A stretch of 44,914 nucleotides of DNA from a virus (lineage: Duplodnaviria > Caudoviricetes): positions 1 through 44,914 of the IMG/VR virus record IMGVR_UViG_3300025267_000025; one strand, 5' to 3'. Below the pieces are notes generated by a model. That model had not been told where the DNA came from. It was given only the letters and a program-made list of their open reading frames with translations, and did no database searches. Below are positions 38,036-44,914 of the stretch, piece by piece (position 1 is the first letter of the stretch; each line of letters starts with the position of its first letter). Made by a program: the position numbers and the translations under genes.

Positions 38036-39342
38036 ATCGGGGCAAACTGCCTTTCTGACTCGCCGCCGAACAGTTCCGTGAACGCCCAAACATAGGCATC
38101 CAGTCTGTCTGGGCTGTCCTGGTCGCGTTCGCCCGTGTACGTCGTAAGCTGTTCCTCCAGCTCAGGACAAGGGTGGGCGTGTTTGATTCTCCCCCTCTCG
38201 TGGAGGGTCGCAATAGGCTCGGCACGGACGATCTTGCCGCGAGTGGCGCGGACCTCGATCACCGGGATGTTCCGATCAATCTTGCCGATGATGTCGGCAA
38301 TCATGTTCCCGCCGTTATTGACTTCTGCGACAATTGCGTCGGCTTGGTAGGCCCTATATCCGTTCACGGCCTTTTGGGCCCATCCGCTCGGCGATAGTCC
38401 GCCAACGGACAAATCGTTCAGCAGATAGCCATCGCCTTCGTCCTTGTTGCCTTCGAGGCCCGCCACGACGATCCCGCATTCAGCGCCGGTGGACGAGGCA
38501 GGAGGATCAACGGCAACCACGATCCTGTCCATCGAGGATATGGGAGGACGCGCGACGCGGGAGGCGTCCACACGGTCCCATGTCCACAGTGCGCCGGGAA
38601 CGTCGCCGAGTATTTCGGCGTTCAACTCTTGGCGTCCGAGCCGCGTGCCTTCGTATTTCTCAATGATCTGTTTTACGAAGTTATCAGCGAGGTTCGCCGC
38701 ATTGTCATAGGTCGTGCCCGTCGTAACCTTGGTCTTGACCGAGGCAACAAGGCTCTTGAGAAATTTGGTCGGGCGCGGAGTAGTCGTGATGATGCTTCGC
38801 GGGTTGTCGCCGAGACGCAATCCGAACTGATAGTTCGACCAAGTCTTCTCGACATAGGGCCAAGTGCAGATTTCATCCGCCCACCCAAAGTGATGTTGGG
38901 GGCCGCGCAGAAGGTCCGGCTTCTCAGCAGAATAGGTCGTGGCTATCGAGCCGTTCGGCCAAGTCAGAAGGCGCTTGGACGGTTGATATATGGGCCGGAA
39001 GTCAGGAGGGCTACAAGCCATGATCCCGCTCTCGCCCTCGATCATAACGTCACGAATGTCCGCAGCCGTTCGGCCCATAAGGGCTATTCTGGACACGGAC
39101 GATTTGGCAATCTCGATGGTCGTCTCAGCGCCTGTCCTGGTCTTGCCCCATCCGCGTCCGGCGAGGATCAGCCAGTCAAGCCACTCCCCTTCGGTGAGCA
39201 GTTGATCTTCGCGAGCCCAGAAGCGCCAGATGCTGTCAAGCTCAACCAGTTCTTCTTTCGTCAGCGAAGACATGATCTCGGCGACCGCTTCAGGGCCTAG
39301 TTCCGATATCATTCTGTGGACGTTCAATTCGGCGAGGCTCAT
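38032..39342 (-). CDS. terL: Terminase large subunit
   Basis: AGRGWGKT, LRGPQ, WADE, TTTP, AVDP, E.NNGG, SPDR.DA. Confidence 0.95.
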   Translation of the reverse strand: MSLAELNVHRMISELGPEAVAEIMSSLTKEELVELDSIWRFWAREDQLLTEGEWLDWLILAGRGWGKTRTGAETTIEIAKSSVSRIALMGRTAADIRDVMIEGESGIMACSPPDFRPIYQPSKRLLTWPNGSIATTYSAEKPDLLRGPQHHFGWADEICTWPYVEKTWSNYQFGLRLGDNPRSIITTTPRPTKFLKSLVASVKTKVTTGTTYDNAANLADNFVKQIIEKYEGTRLGRQELNAEILGDVPGALWTWDRVDASRVARPPISSMDRIVVAVDPPASSTGAECGIVVAGLEGNKDEGDGYLLNDLSVGGLSPSGWAQKAVNGYRAYQADAIVAEVNNGGNMIADIIGKIDRNIPVIEVRATRGKIVRAEPIATLHERGRIKHAHPCPELEEQLTTYTGERDQDSPDRLDAYVWAFTELFGGESERQFAPI

Positions 39343-39860
39343 TTGCCTTCGTCCGTGGACGCCTCATCTTTGGGCTTGGTCTTCCGTTCACCGACCAATT
39401 TGGCGATACGTCCGAGCACAGATTGAGCTTTGCCGCTTTCGTCTTGTTCGGGCAGCTGGTCTTGAGCGCCGCCCCACAGTTGACGCTGGCGCTTGTTGAG
39501 CCAATATTCAGCGGCCTTCTGATCCGGGAGGATCGGGACCGTTATCTCAATCACTTCATTCTCGCCGTTTGGCGTCTTGCGGATAACCTCTTTGGTCGCC
39601 TCGTATCCAATGGCGTTCGCGTAAGCCTGCTTCGCAACCTTTGCGTCAGCGAGCGTTCCACCGCTGATGATCGCATCCTCAAAATCGGGATGGGTCTTCA
39701 TCCAGTTGTAGATGGTCGTGACGTGGACGCGGAAGACCTTGGCCAATTCGGCCTTGGACGTAATTCCGAGTAGCGCGAGCGAATGCGCTTGCTCCGCATA
39801 CTCAGGCTTGTATTTGTTCGTGTCCGGCGGAATTTGCTTTTTGCGTTCAGTGTCGGACAT
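39339..39860 (-). CDS. terS: Terminase small subunit
   Basis: KY.PEYA..A, HTH with TIYNW...HP.F, PD..AA.YWL..R; GAGG RBS at 39860. Confidence 0.85.
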   Translation of the reverse strand: MSDTERKKQIPPDTNKYKPEYAEQAHSLALLGITSKAELAKVFRVHVTTIYNWMKTHPDFEDAIISGGTLADAKVAKQAYANAIGYEATKEVIRKTPNGENEVIEITVPILPDQKAAEYWLNKRQRQLWGGAQDQLPEQDESGKAQSVLGRIAKLVGERKTKPKDEASTDEGK

Positions 39861-40560
39861 GGCGCCCTCGATTTTCGGCAGCCTTCGGACTTTGCGATAA
39901 GTCTGAATACGGAGGGATTGACCCATCAGACATATCGCGGGGGCCGCTAGCGTCTCGCCTCTCAAGAGGTGACGTCTGATCAACGGTCGTCCGGCCATCG
40001 TCCTGTCGCGTTCGGGCGAGAATGTCGAGAGGAATCTTTGCCTTTTTCTCCGAGCCCAGAAGATACATATTGACGAGAGCCGATGGCCCTTCGATCTTCA
40101 GCGCCTTCATTGGTCCGCCGAAGATTGATCCGTGTTCGGATATAAAGGCAACGCTGTCGCCGACCTCGATTGGCTCTTTGATTTCTTTCTTCCGTGCACG
40201 GCGGTCTCGACGCTCGGCGACGTATCGAGATACGATTGCCTTGGACAATTCTTCCGCCCACGTCTTGATCCCTAGCATCTGCTGCTCGGTAAGATATATC
40301 GTCTCGCCGTTCATTTCGAGAGGCGCCATGCGCTCGGCTTCAACAGGCGTTCGCCAATCCACAGTGGCTGGACGAACGAAGGCATAGCCTTCGAGCAGCG
40401 GAAGGCGCTTCGATGCCTTGCGCTTCGATCTACGATTGACGCGAACGCGCGCGCGTAAGGAGGGCTGATAGTCCTCGATGAAGTATCCGTCAGCGGTCAG
40501 ACGTTTCACGCGGTCATGGTTCGCGGGCCATAGGATGACCCAAAGCTTTCCGCCGCTCAT
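39847..40560 (-). CDS. NusG/RfaH-family transcription antitermination factor
   Basis: NGN-like W.I...YQP...PLLEGYAFV; KOW-like EVGDSV....G.FGG...V....LG. Confidence 0.75.
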   Translation of the reverse strand: MSGGKLWVILWPANHDRVKRLTADGYFIEDYQPSLRARVRVNRRSKRKASKRLPLLEGYAFVRPATVDWRTPVEAERMAPLEMNGETIYLTEQQMLGIKTWAEELSKAIVSRYVAERRDRRARKKEIKEPIEVGDSVAFISEHGSIFGGPMKALKIEGPSALVNMYLLGSEKKAKIPLDILARTRQDDGRTTVDQTSPLERRDASGPRDMSDGSIPPYSDLSQSPKAAENRGRHVRH

Positions 40561-41111
40561 TGGATCGTGCTCGGACCATTCGAGGCCGAGGCGCCTTTGG
40601 CCGGGCCTGTTCCGTTCACGAACACCGGGAGGTGCGGATCAACGAGAGGGGCCGAGGCACGCGTGCCTTCCTCGACAGTGAGGATGGCCGTGATGTATTC
40701 GGCGACACGTTCAGCTGCGATTGTTTGATAAGGTCGGCGCACGTCCATTTTCGGAACCTTGCCTTCAAGCACAAACTCCGGCCACGGAACGATGATGTGA
40801 GGCTTCAGCTCAAGCTGGTCGCCGAACAGCACGAAGGTTCGCTGAACTCGATTGACATTCATATGCCAATGAACTTGATCGACACGAAGGTGGGTGGCTG
40901 CGATGCCCTTGACGGGACTGTTGCCTTTCTCGATGGCCTTGGACATACGTTCACTGTTGTATAGCTTCAACTCAACGGGAGCGAACAGATTGTATTTTTG
41001 GACGGGCACGAACAAATCGGCGACGCCAGTCTCGCCGCCTTGGCCATGCTCGACTGCGTATGATCCGGGGATGGCCGAGAGGAGCTTGGCCTTCAGTTGA
41101 TTCTCGTTCAC
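40557..41111 (-). CDS. PD-(D/E)XK nuclease (VRR-NUC/Holliday resolvase-like)
   Basis: MNE..L, G.AD, ELK, Q..W. Confidence 0.65.
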   Translation of the reverse strand: MNENQLKAKLLSAIPGSYAVEHGQGGETGVADLFVPVQKYNLFAPVELKLYNSERMSKAIEKGNSPVKGIAATHLRVDQVHWHMNVNRVQRTFVLFGDQLELKPHIIVPWPEFVLEGKVPKMDVRRPYQTIAAERVAEYITAILTVEEGTRASAPLVDPHLPVFVNGTGPAKGASASNGPSTIQ

Positions 41112-41264
41112 GATGGGGGAGACCTTTTCAAGCGATAGCCGACGATAGACCGTGTGCGGACGTATGACAACCTTTGTCTGTGAACGGAACGCCCAGGGGC
41201 CTTCGAGATTGATCGGTGCACGGTTGAAATTTTTCCGATGACGGACGGACTCAAACGAAAAACG

Positions 41265-41507
41265 TTTTCGCTTCGGACGGATCGGGGATCGGTCGGCGAG
41301 AGCGAATCCGGGAACTCCCGAGAAAAATATATACCCCCTCTCCTTTCTCTCGACACTTTATAGAAACAAGGGGTTCGATCCGATCTCGATCCTTCTCCCT
41401 TCGCCCACCTATCCCCTTGTTTCGTCTCGCGAAAAAGAACCGGCAGCGGATCGTTTCGGAGTCGAGATTGTTTCGGTCGGCGATGTTTCGACCTTTCCGA
41501 AAAGAAA
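41265..41507 (-). repeat. Inverted diverged copy of the 15573-15848 element
   Basis: CCTTTCCGAAAAGAAA (41492-41507) equals the reverse complement of 15573-15588; colinear blocks CGGGAACT, TCGATCCGATC, TCGTCTCGCG. Confidence 0.8.
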
Positions 41508-41736
41508 TGTTTTATTCTGCGAATAAAAAACGTTTCGAGGCCGGAACCGAAAGCCCTTTTTCAACAAACTTTCGCCTTCTTTTCGCCCCTTTTCGCCGAT
41601 CACTTTTCGGCCCTCTTCAAGCCTGATTTTTTTGCCGAGCCGAAAAAGGTTTTCGGTTTTTCGTTTTTCCTCTCGACACGGCGACGAAAAACCGCGAGAA
41701 GGGGCGGCGCCATTCCGGCCTGCGAAAGGAAATGAC

Positions 41737-42324
41737 ATGCGAGACCTCAACGTTGAGCGGTGGAAGAAAGCCCGAGCTGAAGGCAACATCGTCCATGGAA
41801 CATATAGATTCAACGATTGCTTCTGTGTCGTCGGCGCCCTCATATTCAACGAAGAGACGGGACTTTTTGAAACCGCTCGGATGCCGAATTGGCTTCGTGA
41901 GTGTGCCGCAGAAGCATTCGACAATCTGCCGAGCGGCAAGGATTTGGAGTTTGCCGACAAGTTCGCCGAGTACGCCAAGGCTTGTTCCGAGAACGGAGCA
42001 AACGAAAAGCTAATGCTCGACAAGTTCCGAAGCGTCCATCTTCTCCCGCGCGCTCTCGAAAATGCCGAGTCTGGCGGAAAAGTCCGCGAAGAGATCATCA
42101 CCGAGTTGAAGCGGATCAAGCCCAATGGTGATTGCAACCCGTACTTTCTGAGCATGTGCGATTTTGACGCCTTCAACACGTCAGAGGACGAAGCAATCTT
42201 GGCCATTCGCCGAGCAAACGGCGACTTGCGAAACACAATGACGCCCGAACTCATCGCCAGTGGCGTTCTTGACGTTCTCAAGTGGGGCGCCGAGACGAAG
42301 TGGGTCAAGGGAGCCATCCAATGA
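41737..42324 (+). CDS. Hypothetical protein
   Basis: AAGGA RBS before ATG 41737; first + strand gene. Confidence 0.7.
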   Translation: MRDLNVERWKKARAEGNIVHGTYRFNDCFCVVGALIFNEETGLFETARMPNWLRECAAEAFDNLPSGKDLEFADKFAEYAKACSENGANEKLMLDKFRSVHLLPRALENAESGGKVREEIITELKRIKPNGDCNPYFLSMCDFDAFNTSEDEAILAIRRANGDLRNTMTPELIASGVLDVLKWGAETKWVKGAIQ

Positions 42325-42530
42325 TCGAAGAAACCATCAACCTTCTCCGTTATTGCTTGGGATATGTCGAGAACGGATCAAGTCGCTCATTGTCAATCTT
42401 CCAAGACGAAATGACGAAAGAGTGGGTCATCCACGTTGGCGACAGCGGCAAGAGAAGAATGTACGTGGGCAATTCTTTCGATGAAGTAATAAGGAAAGCG
42501 GGCGAAGCCGAAAAGGAATTCAACCAATGA
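42321..42530 (+). CDS. Hypothetical protein
   Basis: GGAG RBS, ATGA coupling. Confidence 0.6.
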   Translation: MIEETINLLRYCLGYVENGSSRSLSIFQDEMTKEWVIHVGDSGKRRMYVGNSFDEVIRKAGEAEKEFNQ

Positions 42531-42660
42531 TCATTCGCATCTTTACGACGTGGCCGGAATATATCTGGGCAAAGCTTTCGTCGGCCATCGAGCGCCGCCG
42601 CGCCGAGCGCCTTTGGCAATCAACCGAAGACTTCCGCGCACAGAAGAATGGAGAGTTCTA

Positions 42661-43059
42661 ATGCTCAAGAATGACAAGTTCAACCACAGCACGGCCAAGT
42701 TCAAGTGCATTCGCATCTTCACCGACGGCGAGCGAATGCACGACATCACCGAGCTTGACATGATAACCGGAACGGTCAAGCACGTTCCCGATGAGGGCAC
42801 GCTGTCTATTGTTCAATTTCTTGCCGGCCACATTCCCAAGTCTCTCGAATGCGACAATCACAAGTGCGACGCTATGGTTTTTGATCCGAACACGGATGAA
42901 GAGAAGATTCACGGCACCGATTGGTTCCTTGACCTTCGAGCGGCATATGCCGAACGCTCGCCGTTTGGTCTTTACACGATCAAAGAGTTCAGCGAACTGA
43001 TGCGAACGGGCAAGGTCACGCCGCGTTACTTCGATGCGACGAGCACGGAGGCCAAGTGA
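42661..43059 (+). CDS. Hypothetical protein
   Basis: GGAG RBS before ATG 42661. Confidence 0.65.
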   Translation: MLKNDKFNHSTAKFKCIRIFTDGERMHDITELDMITGTVKHVPDEGTLSIVQFLAGHIPKSLECDNHKCDAMVFDPNTDEEKIHGTDWFLDLRAAYAERSPFGLYTIKEFSELMRTGKVTPRYFDATSTEAK

Positions 43060-43628
43060 ACATCTTCTTCACCCATTCCTCGCCCGCCGAAGCGGCCCGC
43101 GCTCTCGATGACAAGCGCGTCAACAAGATGATCATCGAGACGGCGCAACTTCTGTCCACGGCCCTTCGCCTGCTCGAATATCCGGGGGCGGATCGTCTCT
43201 ATCGAGCCACCCACGACAATCATCCGTGTACGCTTTGGCTTCTTGAGTCGCCAGCCAATATGCGATGGACCCTTCGCCATCTGGAGGCCCTTGACGAAGT
43301 TCGCCGGAAGCGTCGCGGAAAGCTTTGGACGCCTCATAAGACGTGCACGGACATTCTGCCTCACCTTCAATCGTTCGTGCTCGGAGGCCACCTATCGAGC
43401 CACCGCACGAACTTTGCCCAGACGTTCAAGCGCCGAGACATGACGCCCTTTCCGCGTTGTGTCCATGAGTCGCTGGACCGATCCTTCCGAACGCGAGACG
43501 ACCGGCACACGGCCACCCTCTATCGCCAGACCATGAACATCAAATGGTCCGAGGACAAACGGCCACCGACATGGACCAACAGCGTTCCGCCCCATTGGGC
43601 CAACTTTGAGAGGCAACAAGCAGCATGA
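43056..43628 (+). CDS. Pyrimidine dimer DNA glycosylase/endonuclease V-like protein
   Basis: MNIF....P...AR.LDDKR..KMI.E.AQLL, Y..TH.NHPC..W. Confidence 0.75.
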   Translation: MNIFFTHSSPAEAARALDDKRVNKMIIETAQLLSTALRLLEYPGADRLYRATHDNHPCTLWLLESPANMRWTLRHLEALDEVRRKRRGKLWTPHKTCTDILPHLQSFVLGGHLSSHRTNFAQTFKRRDMTPFPRCVHESLDRSFRTRDDRHTATLYRQTMNIKWSEDKRPPTWTNSVPPHWANFERQQAA

Positions 43629-43822
43629 AGCTTTCGTCTTGGTTGAACAGGAACGTCTGGGACAAGCTTCCGTGCCCGGACGAAATATCCAAACACCCTC
43701 TCAGGGTTCTGTGCCGATTTGGCATCCACGAGTGGAACGAACCGACGCATTGGGCGAGCGGCACGATATCATCGACCTGCGTGCGTTGCGGAAAGGTCAA
43801 GATATGGAAAGGACCATCATGA
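43625..43822 (+). CDS. Small Cys/His protein
   Basis: LC.FG.H.W...C.RCG pattern; ATGA coupling. Confidence 0.6.
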   Translation: MKLSSWLNRNVWDKLPCPDEISKHPLRVLCRFGIHEWNEPTHWASGTISSTCVRCGKVKIWKGPS

Positions 43823-44139
43823 AGTACAAAGCCATCAAATGTCCGTGTGGGCACGAAGCTTGTCAGCAATGGCACATCACCAACGTTGCCCAAGTCCAAG
43901 GCGTGTCGTTCACGGAGGAACAGGCTCGGCTGACAGCTGCTCTTCTGACAAGTCTTGATGAACCCTGGGTGACAATGGAATTGCCCATTGAAGAGCCCTC
44001 CGCACCCGGACTTATTGTGACAGGGACTTGGGCGTGCGAAGAAAGGCCGGGGAGACACCTCAGCTGCGAATACAATTCTGAGGTCGATCCTTGTCTCGAC
44101 AGCTGCGTTCACTGCGGCCAGCCAGAGGAAAGAAAATGA
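43819..44139 (+). CDS. Hypothetical Cys-rich protein
   Basis: AAGGA RBS; CPCG..C and CVHCG.P.ERK. Confidence 0.6.
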   Translation: MKYKAIKCPCGHEACQQWHITNVAQVQGVSFTEEQARLTAALLTSLDEPWVTMELPIEEPSAPGLIVTGTWACEERPGRHLSCEYNSEVDPCLDSCVHCGQPEERK

Positions 44140-44564
44140 GAGTTTTCCAATGTTATCATCCGATAGCGGATCGTTATCGGCACTTCGCCAATCAAGATCA
44201 GGCTGATCGGTGCGCGGACGATTGGAACCACGTAAGCGGCCCATACGGCGAAAAGCGCCTTGATGAGATCGAAATCGAGGGCAAGCCCATTCCCTTGTGT
44301 AAGCCCATCGAGATCAACATAACGAAGACCACGGACGTTTGCCGCGAGTTGGACGCCCTTGGCCATCCGGGCAGGGAGCGTCTCGGATCGTTTGAGCCTA
44401 ACTTCATCCGGGAGCTTGCCGACTTGAGTGTATTCTGCGCCCGTCTGTATAAGGAGTATTCAGCCAAGGCTGTGATCGCAAAAGCGCCATCGGTCAAATA
44501 TTCGTCCTCTGGCCGAGCACTCGCTGCCCTCGATATCGGCAAGTATATCGAGGGCCTCAAGTGA
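44136..44564 (+). CDS. Hypothetical protein
   Basis: ATGA coupling, GAGGA RBS. Confidence 0.6.
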   Translation: MRVFQCYHPIADRYRHFANQDQADRCADDWNHVSGPYGEKRLDEIEIEGKPIPLCKPIEINITKTTDVCRELDALGHPGRERLGSFEPNFIRELADLSVFCARLYKEYSAKAVIAKAPSVKYSSSGRALAALDIGKYIEGLK

Positions 44565-44611
44565 AAACGGCGAGATTTCTCAACACCCAAAATCGTAGGA
44601 GAGCCCAAAAG

Positions 44612-44768
44612 ATGAGTGACATCAAACGCGACGCCCACCTCTCGCGCTGCGGGAAGTATCGTTATCTGTTGACGCGGGACTGGTCACGGGACGGTCACAG
44701 CGCGATCGGGCATGTGGTGCCGAAGCTCCAACTAGTATTCGTTATGCTGAACCCGTCCACCGCTGACG
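44612..44768 (+). CDS. DUF1643-family protein, 5' part (continues at position 1)
   Basis: AGGAG RBS; A.LS.CG.YRY.L.R.W...[10 protein letters not shown]. Confidence 0.85.
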
Positions 44769-44914
44769 CGTATGAAGACGACCCGACCATCCGCCGATGA
44801 GTCGGTTTCGGCCAGCGCGACGGGTTTGATATGATCCATGTCGCGAACCTCTACGCTGGACGCGCCACGAAGCCTGACGACCTGTTTGCAATGGCCGATC
44901 CGGTAGGCCCGGAA
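44769..44914. repeat. Terminal direct repeat, right copy
   Basis: 146 bp matching 1-146 with one mismatch. Confidence 0.97.

Noticed and set aside
30000-41100. Expected seventh island near 35-36 kb
   Set aside because: Reading 33.5-38.6 kb showed no comparable TG/CA-free run; only short weak stretches near 40.0 kb. Spacing is therefore not strictly periodic.
41409-42317. 302-aa minus-strand ORF and the 41632 extension of the + ORF
   Set aside because: Antisense shadow of a real gene plus stop-poor island sequence; no motifs.
44798-44800. TGA recoding or alternative genetic code
   Set aside because: Many genes end at TGA with coupled starts, and the other repeat copy has TGC.
1-44914. Lysogeny module, tRNAs, reverse transcriptase/DGR, introns or inteins
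   Set aside because: No integrase, repressor, RT motif, cloverleaf or intein ends recognised; small RNAs could be missed by eye.

Overview
The window is an apparently complete, circularly permuted genome of a lytic siphovirus-type tailed phage (unit length about 44,768 bp). Positions 1-146 recur at 44769-44914 with one mismatch. There are two convergent arms. The + strand carries early hypothetical genes with sigma70-like promoters, then an SSB-like gene, a nucleotide/DNA-modification cluster (MazG-like PPase, FAD protein, variant ThyX, HAD phosphatase, GT-A glycosyltransferase, all-alpha modification-associated protein), DnaQ, DnaE, primase-helicase and an SNF2 helicase. The - strand carries a nuclease, a NusG paralog, terminases, head, tail, adhesins and lysis genes. 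I saw no integrase, repressor, tRNA or CRISPR. The most unusual signals are not gene-level. (i) Six 150-210 bp islands, mostly 5.5-7.7 kb apart and three inside coding genes, almost completely exclude TG/CA steps except TGT/ACA; they may be modification-free windows linked to the modification cluster. (ii) A diverged non-coding element occurs three times, each oriented toward the downstream operon. (iii) The early promoters have their -35 box inside inverted repeats of differing sequence. All product calls come from motif recognition by eye, with no database search.
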